Counted from the first letter of the whole stretch, positions 1 through 13,326 are shown. The stretch: 61,875 nt of DNA, filler included, from Globobulimina sp. (GCA_003354225.1; 19 parts of 19 records of this genome joined end to end with filler, not necessarily neighbours in it), one strand, 5' to 3'. Notes: generated from the sequence alone by a model not told the origin. Made by a program: numbers and translations.

Positions 1-116
1 CCATTTTTTTTGTCGTATAATGTAGTATAAATGCATTACTAACGCATTGCTAGTCAGTTCAAAGTACTTCAAAATGCTTCAAAGTAGATGGTCAAATTAC
101 GCTGTTTTTCACAACT

Positions 117-2802
117 GTGCGCACAGAAAATAATAATAATGCAAATAATTATTTTCTCAATGAAAATGAAAAAGAAAATGAAAATGGAAATGACGATGTA
201 TTATTTCACGATAATAATATTGGTGCATATCATACAATAGATATCAATGTCAGTAACATTGAGTATCAATATGGTGTTTATAATAATGATTTTGATGATA
301 CATCCATAGTATCAGCATTTGAAAATTGAGAATGTTATCAATGAATATTTTGTTTCATATTTAGAATCAGAGCAATTTGACATAAATACATTTGCGAAAT
401 ATTATGGAGATTTAATTAAATATAAATCTGCATTTAACAGAGGTGGCGGCGTCCACATTATTCAGGAATATAATATTCACAAACATGGATTGAATGATTC
501 ATTTGTTACAATTATTGAAGAAGAGAAGGAATTATTTTGTCCATGTAATATGTTTAAAAATGATAGAAAATGTTATCATACATTATTTTCAGAATTAGCA
601 CGCAATTACAATCATTATAATTTACCTATTTTATTAACGGAATTCCGAGATAATCAATATTTAGATAATGAAGGCCGTGTTATAATAATTGCTGTTGATT
701 TAAGTGGTAAGCGAGACTCAGCTTATTCTGTTTATTCAGATATTGATCATTATGGAATTGTATATCAAAATATTGATAATTGCATAACGTGCTCGCTCCA
801 CAAACAAAGAGGTTGTGATCATAGATATCGAGTTATGAACAGATTGCAAATCACAGACGAAGAGTATCATATTAATAGGTTGAATGCTGCATTATCAGCG
901 CCTAAAAAACCTTTTAAAATTAAAAAATCGCACTCCAAAAAAATTGTACCTCCACCAATTTATTTCCGCACTGATGATAATCCAATTTTACCTTATGATA
1001 ATTATAAATTTGATTCGAGTTGGTTTGATGGGCACATCTTCAAACCAAATATCATTGGATGTACAAATGATGAGTGTACGCAAATATTTTTGTCTGATGA
1101 ATCATATACAACATTGGAAAAGATATCGGCGTTACACACGAAATCGCGTTGTTATAATTGCAAAGTGCAGATTTTTGTATGTAAATTGTGTAACCATCCA
1201 AATTATTATGACGGTTTTATTGACCATATATTCAATATGGATTCCATAGATATGTACCACCACAGTTTACTGAATGATTGGTCAAATACTTTACATACTG
1301 ATGCAGCAGCAGCGAATGGTTGGATTACAAAAATGAAACGCACTTACACTGAAAATAACGCACCGCATCAATTTCCACACAACAATACTTTTAGGGATGC
1401 TTGGAACTCATTTTTATACTGTCAGGACTGGGGTTATTCGTTTTGTTGTCCATGGTGTGATCGTGGTGGTGATCAGAAGGGTGAATGTGACTGGGTTGCG
1501 TATGACGGTGTAATGATATGCAATCCGAAAACAAATTGTCTAACCACTAAAAATCCAACCACAGTGTACGAGAATGCACCCACAATTAATAATCATATTG
1601 CAGAGTCCAACCGATATCTCGTAGTCACTAAAGTGGTGAGAGAAAGATATATGGCATGGTGGCAGGAATTATTTGGTAAAACACACAGAGAAACTAAACT
1701 GAGGAAATTAAGTCCTGCATCGTACAACAAATTACAGCGTGATCTCGAAGCAAAAGGATATTTTGAGTTGGTTGAATTTATGGAATGGATTGATAATAAT
1801 ATTGATGCATATGTTGATAATGATAATACAATCAAAGTAATACCAGATACAGCTAAACCATTTTTAAAACCATTTGTTCGAAGCATTGGTTCATCGGAAG
1901 CGCAATTTGAATTATTTCATCCACAAATTAATGATATTATTATAGAACATGATTTTGCAAGTCATGGTCCAATTCCATATCAATATAAAGCAATATTTGC
2001 TCAATATTCATGGATATTAAAATGTATATTATTTGGTCCGATATCATTCGATGAATCATTTTATTCTTTAATTGTTGATATGGCTCAACAATCTAAATCA
2101 TTGTATGAGACCTACGAATCAAAACGAAATGAATTTCCCATTGAACAGCTTCCGACACAACGACAGTTGGATAATTATTATAAATTTCTTGATTCTGGCT
2201 CATTTTATTCGGCCTCATTAAAACGAATAAGACCACACTATCAAACAGATGACAAATCAAAGAATTATCACCATGGTTTCGATGAACAAAATGATGAAAT
2301 TTGTACCAAAAACTTTTCAAAGTTTCGAGGTATAAATGGCGGACTTTGGATACTACGTTGCTTAGTTCATGGAGTAGCAACGGGATTTCATGTCATACCA
2401 AACAGTGAAGGATTGAATGACCCGTTTTCAGCCGTATTTTGTCATTATAAAAAGGCCCCGGGAATATTATCTGGTGATTTTAACTGTCAGCTTCTACCAT
2501 ACTCAGTTCGAAGAGAGCCAACATTTTTTAAAGAATCTGTATTTGCCATTGATGCCCCACATTTTAGAGGACATACACGTTGCAGTCCAGCTTTTGATGG
2601 AAGTATGATGAAAACGCACGGAATTATGCCTTATAAAACGTTCAATTATTCAAACCCAGAGCAAAGAAACCGTGTTATAAATAAGGTTAAATTAACTGCA
2701 CAATATCTGAGATTGGAAAATTTAATGATTCAAGTTAGACAATTATTGCATATGGATAATGTTGGCATCATTCGAGACTTTAAAGGATTGAAAGAATACT
2801 AA
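117..2802 (+). mobile_element. Kyakuja-Dileera-Zisupton (KDZ)-type transposase with SWIM/CxC Zn modules; 5' part frameshifted at ~319-329
   Basis: SWIM-like CPC-x7-CYH and CSLH-x4-CDH; CxC cluster (CKLC..YDG; CCPWC..VAYDG); core CTKNF..GGLWILRCLVHG..GFH....EG, SGDFNCQL, IDAPHFRGHTRC, NYSNPEQRN. ORF 319..2802 has no early ATG and overlaps ORF 117..329 in another frame. Confidence 0.8.
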
Positions 2803-2873
2803 ATATTGTGTCAGTCACTTTTACTTTTTGTTTTTTATTTAAAAATGTCCATTTTCTATACATCAATGCGAGG

Positions 2874-2925
2874 AATATCCCTTTGCTGTAATAATATCCC
2901 TTTGCTATAATAATATCCCTTTGTT
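2874..2925 (+). repeat. 19-bp tandem repeat AATATCCCTTTGCT(G/A)TAAT x~2.7
   Basis: Units start at 2874, 2893 and 2912. Confidence 0.9.
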
Positions 2926-2930
2926 TTGTT

Positions 2931-3164
2931 GTGAGTGATCAATGAATGCATGATACAGATTGGCCGTGTTTTGTTGTGAGTGATCTATGATGAATGCGTG
3001 TTGTATGGGTTCGGCCAGGCACAATGTGAGAGATCTATGATGAGTGCGTGTTGTATGGGTTCGGCCAGGCACAATGTGAGAGATCTATGATGAGTGCGTG
3101 TTGTATGGGTTTGGCCGGGCACAATGTGAGTGATCTATGATGAGTGCGTGTTGTATGGGTTTGG
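2931..3164 (+). repeat. 50-bp tandem repeat downstream of the KDZ transposase, running into the contig end
   Basis: GTGAG(T/A)GATCTATGATGAGTGCGTGTTGTATGGGTTCGGCCAGGCACAAT at 2976, 3026, 3076 and 3126 (partial), plus a diverged 45-bp unit at 2931. Confidence 0.95.
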
Positions 3165-3264
3165 NNNNNNNNNNNNNNNNNNNNNNNNNNNNNNNNNNNN
3201 NNNNNNNNTTAATTAATTAANNNNNNNNNNNNNNNNNNNNNNNNNNNNNNNNNNNNNNNNNNNN
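3165..3264. other. Artificial contig spacer (first of 18 with the same structure)
   Basis: N44-TTAATTAATTAA-N44 gives stops in all six frames and recurs every ~3.26 kb. Contigs are 3159-3164 bp, i.e. length-sorted and concatenated. Confidence 0.98.
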
Positions 3265-6200
3265 ATTTTGTACCACGGATATTGACAATATCTTGTTTTG
3301 AAAAAACATCGTTTTTTAATTTTTTAATTTCTTCCAATAAGTCGTCATTTGATTTTTTTATTTGTGCAATGCGATTTATATATTTATTATTTTCTTTTTT
3401 TCTCTCTTTAATTTTTGTATTTATTGTACTTTTGGTAAATACTAATTTCTTTTCTAAACTTTTTATTTCATTTTTTTTGGAATTATTATCATTAAAACCG
3501 CCAATTGTAAGTATCTCTTGATCTTTTTTTGTGACTCTCCTTAATTGATATTCTGTTGTCAATAATGTGTAATATCTATATTCCAAATCTAATATTTTAT
3601 TTCTCCAATTTAACAAATTTATGCCACGGCGAAATTGTTTAATTTCATTTAATTGTTCAATGTGTTGACTTCCTGCATTTAATATGATTGCATTTAGATT
3701 TTGAATAACATTCCGATTCAACAATACACTCTGTCTCATGTCAGTAACAACGGGCAATTCTAATATCTCAACATTGCCTTGTTTTAAACAAAAAAATAAT
3801 TCACAGTCCAACTTATATTTCTTTTTTTTAGTAATCATTTCTGTCGCGGACTTATTTATTTCTTGGATGGATTCTAAAATAATTTGTTTATTTTCGTCTA
3901 ATGCATTTACCTCAGCTTCCATTGAACAGATTTGTTCATTTAAATCGTTTATTTCTTTATCTTTATAAAGTTTCAATTTCCGAAATTCTAAAAATCTGTT
4001 CCAAACATTACAACTTAAATCCATTGGCTTTACCAAATAACTCAAATCCACTCCGGATCCATCATTGACTCTCTCTGTTTCTATAAAATATGGATTTGAT
4101 TCTTCTTTTTCTTCGATTTCCTCCTTTTCTTCTTCGATTTCAGCGTCGTTAATTAATAATAATTCCGATGATAATTTGTTATGCATAGTTTTTGAGCGAT
4201 AAGTCGATAATCGATCCGAATTTGTATCATTTGTAGTGTTTGAAAATGACGATGTTTTTCGTTCTAAATTTTGAATGGATTTATTTAAATTTGCATTAGG
4301 TTTTGGTGCAACAGCTTTTTTGCCACGAAATAATTTAAATAAATAATCAAAATAATCAGCAACACCGTTCATTGTATTTGGATTGAATTCTTTTTTAAAC
4401 TGTTTTACTAAATATTTATCATTATGCAATAAATCAATTAATTTATTTTTGTACTCTTCTAACTTTGTATTAAATTGATTATAGGTAAGATCTGCCTTTT
4501 TTTTATCTTGTTTCAATCGAATTAGTTCTAAATTCATATTTTCTATTTTTTTGTTATATTGCTCATGTTCAATAATGTCATTTATTAAATGTATTAGCAT
4601 CAATTCGTGGACATAAATATCGCCCATTACACATAACCGGATATTGTATAACATTTTTAATTTCGAATCAAAATTTTTACAGATTTCATTTAAATCATTT
4701 TTCAATGATTTTAATCGTGTTTGCAACAGTTTTATTCGGATTTCTTTTGCTTTGCTTAATGCTGCTTTCTTTTCTTCATATTGTAAAACGTTCGTTTTTT
4801 GTTGCTCGCTCCATTCGGATTCGTCAATTTCGTCCATACATTCTGGTTTTTTTAATGTGTCTTTTAATCTTTCAACCTCATCTTTTGAGTCTAATCTATT
4901 ATTCATCATTTCCAATAATGCTCTTTCTGTTAAATCATTATTTGCATTTTTTAATCTTTGCAATGTTTCCACTTTTGACTCTTTTAATTTGTTTAACTCT
5001 GTTTCAGTCAAAACCTTTTTTACATTTATTTCACTGTCATTCACTTTAAATATTCTTTCTTTATCTTCATCATCAGCTAATTTATAAACATTCACATTGC
5101 TGGTATTTATTGCCAACTCTTTCTCGATGTCACTGATTTCCAATGCCATTTCATTAATTCTCTCAATTTCAGCGGTTTTTAATTTAAATATAGTCCCAAT
5201 TTCTTTATTAAAACAGCTTTTCAATGCTCTCATTCTTAAATTTAATAAGTTTATTTGTATCCGTTTACTGTAATTTGTATACAATTTCATTGGATGATAT
5301 AATAAATTTTTTAATTGTTGCGATACGGGAAAGTGCACTCGATCGGCATTATCGTTTTCGTTTTGTTTGTCTTTCTTTGTTGGTTTATCATCTTTTTCTT
5401 TTTTGGGGTCCTTTTGTTCGGAGATATCCTTTGTTTGTTTTTCTTTCAATTCATTTATATCCCAAATATATTTAATGGATTTGTTATTCATTGGACGTTT
5501 TATATCAAACTCCATTCGAACCCGATCTTGCGTTTTTGTCGACCATTCTTGTTCAATAATATTCATTTTACGCAAAAATTGCAATTTCTTATTCAATAAT
5601 AAATCATTTTTGTTTTGTGATAATATCGGAAATGTTGTAACTTTTTCGTGACATTTTATGCCACCGACAATTTGCAATTTTTCTGTCATTCCGTCATAGC
5701 ACTCTTCTTTTATTCTCCTCATAATTAATTGTTTTCCAATGTTTTCATATTTGATTTCTTCACAAATTTTACCAATTTCTTTTTTGTTTTCATTTAATAG
5801 CAAATCAAACTGTTTATTATCAACAATCAATTCATTTTCTTCTAATTTCTCTAATTCCGACGCATTGTTTACTTTTTCGACGATATCTCTATAATTTCTC
5901 CGTAATTGTTCTAATTCATTCTTAATTTCATGTAATGTTGGTTCAAATGCTTTTTTTTTATTGCTGATTCTTTCATTTTCTATTTTTTCTTGATAAACAA
6001 TTTCATTTTTATTTATTTTTGCTTCAGTTATTTGATTTAAATATTGTACAGTTAATGGACAGTCAGATCGTATATCTTCATTTGCAAATTGTATATCTTC
6101 ATCTAATTGCCATGAAATAACAGACCCATCAAATCCCACTGATATTATTTTCGACCCAGAATGTACAAATTGTGCACATAGTATACCTTTAGCAATATAC

Positions 6201-6428
6201 GATGCATTATGTGCATACAACGAGGCGAGAATATGATTTGAGTCAGATTCAGATTCAGATAAATATCTAATAATCAATACGCAACCATCCATACTGGAAG
6301 TTAATAATAAACCACTTTGGATGCGAATATCTGTGATCCTTTTACGATGATCATCAAATACAAATGAATCATCAGGGGATACAGTCGCATGGTCATCCAA
6401 TACAAATGCTTTTAATTTATTATCTTCG
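3265..6428 (-). CDS. CFAP43: Cilia/flagella-associated protein 43 (WD40 + long coiled coil), partial at both ends
   Basis: Last WD40 repeats (TSSMDG, SVGFDG), then ~900 aa coiled coil with the CFAP43-like block LKQGNVE..VVTD..LLNRNVIQNLN..FRRGI..LNW. Confidence 0.8.
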
Positions 6429-6529
6429 NNNNNNNNNNNNNNNNNNNNNNNNNNNNNNNNNNNNNNNNNNNNTTAATTAATTAANNNNNNNNNNNNNNNN
6501 NNNNNNNNNNNNNNNNNNNNNNNNNNNNA

Positions 6530-7606
6530 TACCTTCTTTCTGGCGGCGCAGATCGAGTATCTTTGTTTGATTTAAACAATAAATCATTATTGAATGAAAG
6601 TAAATGGTTAAATGGCAAAGGCAAAGTGCATAAATACAGTGTAACGAGTATTAAATGGTACCCATTTGATTCAGGAATGTTTATCTCAGGCTCCTTGGAC
6701 GGAAATTTAATATTATGGGATACAAATATATTTGATAAAGTTTTGCATTTCAACATTAAAAAGAAAATATTTAATATCTCCATCAATAAAGCAATGAAAT
6801 CTGGCCATCCATTAATTGCCGTTGCATCCAATCAGTATAACATTTATCTTTGTGATGTATTATCGCAGTCATTCACTCATTCTTTGATTGGCCACACGGA
6901 CATTGTGCGATGTGTTGCATTCAATCCTTTTAATGAATATTTGTTAGCCTCTGGATCAAAGGACGGATGCATTCGAATATGGGACATCAGGAAAGCGGGC
7001 GCTTTGTTGGTGTGCGATTATACGAATTTACATAACACACAAATACATAAACACTATTTTAATGTGGACGATGAACAGAGAATAAATAAAAAAAATATGT
7101 TTATTCAGTCACATTTTAATAGCACTGTTTGTCATCTTCAATGGTCCAATAATTATAAATTTCACTTGTTTTCATCTGGAACGGATAAAAAAATAAGAAA
7201 ATGGAGAATTGATGTTAACAAAAATAACAATCATAAAGCCAGAAATACATTGATTAATTTCAGGCCGATTATCAATGGGAATGTATGCCAAAAGTTTATT
7301 GTTTCGGAGAATGATAAGTTCTTATTTTATCCAAATAATTGTGAGATATCTATGTTGGACACTGAGAACGGCAAAGAATTAAATAAATTTAAAGGGCATT
7401 TCTCTTGTATTTATGCGTTAGTTGAAAGGAAAAAATATCAGCAAATTGTAAGTGGTGATATTCATGGAAACATTTTAATTTTCTCTCCCAAACAAAATAC
7501 ACAGAAAGAAATTCATGAAATTCAGTCCGCGTGGAAATATGAAGCACCTTTTTCGTTTAATATTGATGATATTAACGAACTTGATCAAGATACGTGGAGC
7601 GATTAA
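6530..7606 (+). CDS. ERCC8: ERCC8/CSA-like WD40 protein, 5'-partial
   Basis: HKYSVTSIKWYPFDSGMFISGSLD..WDTN; SFTHSLIGH..EYLLASGSKDG.IRIWDIRKA; acidic DTWSD end. Confidence 0.8.
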   Translation, partial: YLLSGGADRVSLFDLNNKSLLNESKWLNGKGKVHKYSVTSIKWYPFDSGMFISGSLDGNLILWDTNIFDKVLHFNIKKKIFNISINKAMKSGHPLIAVASNQYNIYLCDVLSQSFTHSLIGHTDIVRCVAFNPFNEYLLASGSKDGCIRIWDIRKAGALLVCDYTNLHNTQIHKHYFNVDDEQRINKKNMFIQSHFNSTVCHLQWSNNYKFHLFSSGTDKKIRKWRIDVNKNNNHKARNTLINFRPIINGNVCQKFIVSENDKFLFYPNNCEISMLDTENGKELNKFKGHFSCIYALVERKKYQQIVSGDIHGNILIFSPKQNTQKEIHEIQSAWKYEAPFSFNIDDINELDQDTWSD

Positions 7607-7634
7607 AATAAATAAAAAAAATACTGTCACACAT

Positions 7635-8648
7635 TTACAATAGAAATTGATAATTTGTGTTGGATTCGCTAAGTTGATGAGACATAATGCGCTTGATGTC
7701 CTTTCTCGCAATGTTTACACATATTTGGTGGCAAATTGTATGCATTCCCCCACATAAACATGCATATAAGTTTGCGTTAAATGAGCATGCCAAATACACA
7801 CAAAAAACTTCAATAAAAATGGAGATGGTCATTAAATATTGTTTTATTAATTGAGACGTTTTCGAATTGTTTTTGATCATTCCCAATTCATAAAATCCCC
7901 AAAATAGTAACAATATTTGAAAGAATATGATGGCAATGCTGTTTAACAGTGTTGTCTTTATAATATTGTCTAACAACCGGCTTTGTCGCGGATTTAATTC
8001 AATCTCATACGTTTCTTCATTATTATACATATCATTACCAACAGCAATGGATGCCGACATGACAGATCTTCGCTGAGTTGTTATTAACTTAAATAGTCGC
8101 GAAGTGAATGAATAAATTAAAAATGATCCAAGAATAATATTACAGGCAATTATGGTGAAACACATGAATCCGTCAAATTGTATCGTTGTTGGTGTTTGTA
8201 TGTTGACCGTTATTGTATAAAGAACAAATTCATAGAATATCAATAACAAAAATAATATTAAAATCAATATACTATACGTATATAATACATATTTTGATAG
8301 TGAATAAACAGTAAAGTTGAACTCAGTTTGCAATCGAACTAATAACAAAACATAAAATGAACATTCTGCAAATATAATTGCAAATTTAGTGCTATATATA
8401 AATATATCTTTAATTATCACTCCATCGCTTGGTTTAAATGGAAATAATGTAACAAAGTGCATTAAATAAAAACACATATGACCAATGGTGATATATTTAA
8501 CATCAGATAACGTATTTCTATATCCTAGTTTAGTTACTTTGTTGTTGCATGTTTTATATATCGTTAATATTAACAGTGTTAATGTATACACAATTTTTAA
8601 TACATAAATAATGTATGATCCAACGTAATAAACAGTATCGTTTGACAT
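7635..8648 (-). CDS. 7-TM (GPCR-like) membrane protein
   Basis: About 7 hydrophobic segments and a Cys-rich juxtamembrane C-terminus, 337 aa. Confidence 0.65.
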   Translation of the reverse strand: MSNDTVYYVGSYIIYVLKIVYTLTLLILTIYKTCNNKVTKLGYRNTLSDVKYITIGHMCFYLMHFVTLFPFKPSDGVIIKDIFIYSTKFAIIFAECSFYVLLLVRLQTEFNFTVYSLSKYVLYTYSILILILFLLLIFYEFVLYTITVNIQTPTTIQFDGFMCFTIIACNIILGSFLIYSFTSRLFKLITTQRRSVMSASIAVGNDMYNNEETYEIELNPRQSRLLDNIIKTTLLNSIAIIFFQILLLFWGFYELGMIKNNSKTSQLIKQYLMTISIFIEVFCVYLACSFNANLYACLCGGMHTICHQICVNIARKDIKRIMSHQLSESNTNYQFLL

Positions 8649-8692
8649 GAGGTTGACAGTTGAGCAAAAAAACTATCTAACTGATACATCTG

Positions 8693-9692
8693 ATGACAAT
8701 GGCAACACAAAGAACTGTCATAACGACGTATTACACACTACCTATGATAACCAATTCTATTATTAGGACCCTTATTGCTCGGAGATTCTGCACAAAAACG
8801 AAAGCAGACATATTTTACATGTCCGGTTATCAGGCATTGCTAAAAAAGAGAACCAATACAAAATTATCCAAACTTGAATGGAAACCGGAAACATTAACAC
8901 TTGAACAAAATAAATGGATAATGGACGCAAGCAAACCGCATGAAATCATTAGCATTGTTCAAGAAACGTTGAAAAGCAAAACAAATGACGACATAATGAC
9001 CGTTGTCCTCAATTGTGCAGTCCGGAAATGTGTCGGATTGCAAGCATATCCTCAATGTTGGACATTATTTGTTTCAGCAAAGCAAACAAACCATGCCAAC
9101 ACCATGTTATATACCACCATGATATGGATGTGTTTAAATTCTTCGCGTCGCACACATTTCAACAAAGCATTGGAATTGTATCAAGAAATGAAAACTATCG
9201 GTTTTGCTGTCTCAAACCATACATATGCTGCTTTGATAAACGGCTGTGCTAAAAAGTACTGTTATGAGCAAGGTGTTTCTATTTGGACGGATATGCACAA
9301 AGATGCCGATATTACGCCAGATATCTCAGCGTGGAACGCAATTATAATGTTATACTGTTTCAATAAGGACATGAATAATGCAGCTCAAATGTATGATGAC
9401 CTGCAGACCAAAGCACATATCACACCGGATAATTATACCTATACTGCCTTGTTAAATGGTTATAGTACACTTATTTCGCATGTGCTAAAACATGATATTG
9501 CAGATATGGACAATGATGAATATTTAACCAGAGCTGAGAATGTGTTTTACGACGCGGTTATGGCATGGCAGAGTGCAGAGAATCCATCCGCACTGAGAAC
9601 AGAATCAACAGATTGTGTGAAGAGAAACGAGCAACGATTGTTTGTGATACAAGCTTGGATGAATGTGAACGCCGCAGTTGGTGATATATATA
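8693..9692 (+). CDS. Pentatricopeptide repeat protein, likely organelle-targeted, 3'-partial
   Basis: PPR motifs TYAALINGC, PDISAWNAII, PDNYTYTALLNGY; Arg/Thr-rich N-terminus. Confidence 0.85.
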
Positions 9693-9848
9693 NNNNNNNN
9701 NNNNNNNNNNNNNNNNNNNNNNNNNNNNNNNNNNNNTTAATTAATTAANNNNNNNNNNNNNNNNNNNNNNNNNNNNNNNNNNNNNNNNNNNNATTATATT
9801 AATTTGTTTTACCTTCATACTCTCTGTTAAACGTATAACGTATAATAG

Positions 9849-12654
9849 CATGTCCGTATCAATGTATTGTGTATGATGAAAACAGGGATATGTTAAGTCA
9901 ATGTAATGCCGCTGGTATATGTGCATATGATTTCTCATTGGATATAACACGTTGTATTTGTGAGCATTTAGAGGTGCGTAAACCACAAGATATACAATGT
10001 TATGACGCAAATATTACTTATGCGCCAACATTGAATCCAACTCCGAGGCCAACCAGAGACGCAAATGTCGACATTGCTTGGTACCAGAATGTACAAATAA
10101 GTAACAGCTCAAATCATATTTATCAATTTAAAACCTTATTGGGCTACGGTACTGGCTACAATATTACTTACGATTTGCAATATATTGTGGATGGCTATTT
10201 GAATGGTAAACATTATGCATTAAAAGATTATCGGCATCTGCATGATTATTATGTTAATTTATTCAATAAAACGGTCGGTCAAGATGCAGTAAAGGGCATT
10301 TGTCATAATAATATCCCAGACTATGATTATGGTTATATTTATCAAGCCACACATGGTTATACTTTAGATAAATGTTTCTCGCTTGGTAGATTGGGTCCAT
10401 ATATTCAATTATATGATGAATACCGTCCAGCATTAGGTATTCGTATCTCGTTTGAAGGTGGTGATAAAGAGGATTGCTATGATAGTAAAAGAAGACGTAT
10501 TGATATTAATTTTATATGTCCGGATGATGGTGGTACGTTTGAACGATATAAAGGTCGTATTGGTTTAAATGATATTTATGCAAATTATGTAGTTACTGAG
10601 CCTGCAAATTGCGAATTTGCCGTTGATATTGTAACTAGTGCAGCGTGTCCAGCTAAATGTATTACTTATAATGCAGAGAAAAATGCAGTATCAGAGTGCA
10701 CAGCAAATGGTGTCTGTGGTTATGATAATATATTTAAATTGGAACGTTGTTTTTGCAACAATGATATGAAGATAAGTAGTGCAGAGGATATTTTCTGTGC
10801 CAATGAGAATATAACTTATGCGCCAAGTGTATCGCCTACACAATCACCGACCACACAGTCACCAACCTACGATCCAACATTACCACCGTACATAATATGG
10901 ATTGATGACATTCAACCAAATAATGAGTCAGATTATATTTTCCAATTTGAAACGAATTTTGGGTACAATGTTACGTATGATTTGACATATTTTGTGATGG
11001 GTTATGTGGCGGATAAATATTATAAGTTAAAAGATAATGACGGACATAATGTCTATTTTAATTTATTTAATTTAACGATTATTAATGAGCGTGCTAATGT
11101 GGAAGGTATTTGTGATGCGAATGATGCAAATTATTCGTTTGGTTATATATATCAGGCACATATAACTGATCCGAACGTAGAATGTCGTAGTATTGGTAGA
11201 GAAGGTCCAAACGTTCAGTTATATGATGAAGCTCAACCAACTAAAGGTATAATATATATGTTTTGAAAAACAAAGACAACAAAAACAAAAACACTAAAAC
11301 AGGTCTCCGATTATCGTATGAGAATGGTGATGCTGAAGGATGTCAAGCAAGACGCAGTGATATAAACTTAGTTTGTCCAGAGGATGCAACTGAATTTGAA
11401 ATCTGTCGCAGTGGTTCGTTGAATGATAGATTTGATGCAATGTTTGCATTTACAGAGCCAGCCACATGCCAATACTCGATAACCATTAAGACCTCTGCTG
11501 TCTGTCCTATTCAATGCCAAACCTATGATGAAGATAAAGCATCCATCTCACAATGCAATACCAATGGTAATTGTGCGTATGCTGGCGCAGTGCGATGCAT
11601 TTGTAACGGTAATATGCGGATAAATGATCCCCAGGATATTTTTTGTGCAAATGACAATATAACATATTCACCGACATCTGATCCATCCAATGAACCGAGC
11701 TATATTCCAACTGTTAATCCAACAAAACAACCAACAACCAATGGACCTACAAATCATCCATCAGTTAGTCCAACGACCGAAGAATATTCATTATTTGGTG
11801 AGTGGGCACGTTATAACCGAGAATTAGATTTGTTGTTAGCATTTGAGGTTGGAGTTGATTTGAGCTGTGAATCAGTTAGACTTACCTGTGGGTCGCCGGG
11901 TTTTGATAATATGTGGTTTGGTATGGGCATTGGTGGGGACTATGCATATGATGATGGTGAGGATGATAGTGACAATGACCATGGCCATGCCAGTGACGAT
12001 CATGGGGATGAAGGGAGTCATTCGAGTGCAATGAATGGATATGCAATGATAACGTTTGCGGGTGCCATTCCTGATGGATATCCACAAACATATGAGAGTA
12101 CGTTGGAAGCAGGAGGTTTCCCGCAAGCACAATCAAGTCAAGATTTAAGAGATTGTAGTACAACAATTGCGAATTGTGTGCAAACAAGTATTTGTTATAG
12201 GGATTATGCACCAGCGGATAGTGAGGATTTTTATAAATTTATGGAGGGAACAAATGCAATGATTTGGGCATTTGGAAATTTAGATAATGATTATTTACCA
12301 ATGAAACATATTGATTCAAGTGTTTCTTTTATTGAGTTGTTAGGACCCGCAGAATGTGGCTATGCTCAATCAGTTGAAGGGAAAGCAGATAAAGGGAGTA
12401 AGGATGGAGAAATATGGATGTTTGTTGCAATTGTGCTCATTGCAGTATTGGTGGTGGTTGGGTTTGTTTTACTTTGTGTGTGTTGCTATAAGCGTAAAAA
12501 TAAAAATCCAGTGCCACACGGTTATGTTCATGGACGTGCTCAATCCACCGATGAATTGGGCACAACACAAATGATAACAATTGATGATAATGAGGATGAT
12601 GATAGTTCAGTAGAAAAACATACACTGGGAAATGAAGATGATGATTTATTATAA
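9849..12654 (+). CDS. Type I membrane protein: repeated MRH-like + EGF-like + Pro/Thr modules, DOMON-like domain, TM, acidic dileucine tail; 5'-partial
   Basis: ORFs 9869..11266 and 11263..12654 join in frame via GT-AG intron 11247..11302. Repeats of SYE.GD..C..RR.DIN..CP..EPA.C.Y.I...TSA.CP; DOMON-like WFGMG..MIWAFG..H; ends NEDDDLL. Confidence 0.7.
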
Positions 12655-12872
12655 AAAACGCACTTTACAATTTACTTTACCTATAATTATATCATTAATT
12701 AATTCTATTTTTTCTGTTTTGTTTTGTATGTATAAATATTAAATAATACCTAATATACCTTGTCAATATATTTTATGACCACATTGTTTTCACATATATA
12801 TTATGGACCAAAAAGTCAAATTAAACTAGTGCTGAGGTTAATTGCTTGAACGGAAAAAAACCCACAATATAC

Positions 12873-12916
12873 TACAGTGGAACCATTAAAAGACAGGTGG
12901 TCTTTAATAGCAGGTT
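12873..12916 (+). mobile_element. Possible decayed Tc1/pogo-like MITE end
   Basis: TA-CAGTGGAACC start with an imperfect inverted segment ATTAAAAGAC / GTCTTTAAT..CAGGTT. Confidence 0.3.
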
Positions 12917-13326
12917 TATTTTACTATATTTGCTCATGTCTCTAACGGCAGTGAGTNNNNNNNNNNNNNNNNNNNNNNNNNNNNNNNNNNNNNNNNNNNN
13001 TTAATTAATTAANNNNNNNNNNNNNNNNNNNNNNNNNNNNNNNNNNNNNNNNNNNNTCATAAACGAGAACAATTTTATATTATTTGCGCATCGCAATTCT
13101 CACCAAATCCCAATATTCATTGTAATCAAACACCGCGTAATTCGAATTCTGCCTCCTTCCAAACACGTCGCCTTCGCCGCCAATCAACGCAAACAAAACA
13201 TGCCGCAAACTGCCAAAAATTAAGCCAAAATATGGCGACAACAACAATCACCAAATTAAATCACTCACTGTCAGCAATGCCATCTCATTCCATTCCACTT
13301 CGCATGGAATAAGGAGACCAAAACAG

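Noticed and set aside
2931-3164. CRISPR array
   Set aside because: Units are near-identical over their full 50 bp with no unique spacers, no cas genes are present, and the context is eukaryotic.
3282-5651. Plus-strand ORFs overlapping CFAP43 (and similar shadow ORFs elsewhere)
   Set aside because: Antisense shadows of Lys/Glu-rich coding sequence with no recognisable motifs.
13057-13326. Separate minus-strand gene upstream of CMTR1
   Set aside because: The best frame has an internal TGA and no recognisable motif. An intron or chimeric join cannot be distinguished from sequence alone.
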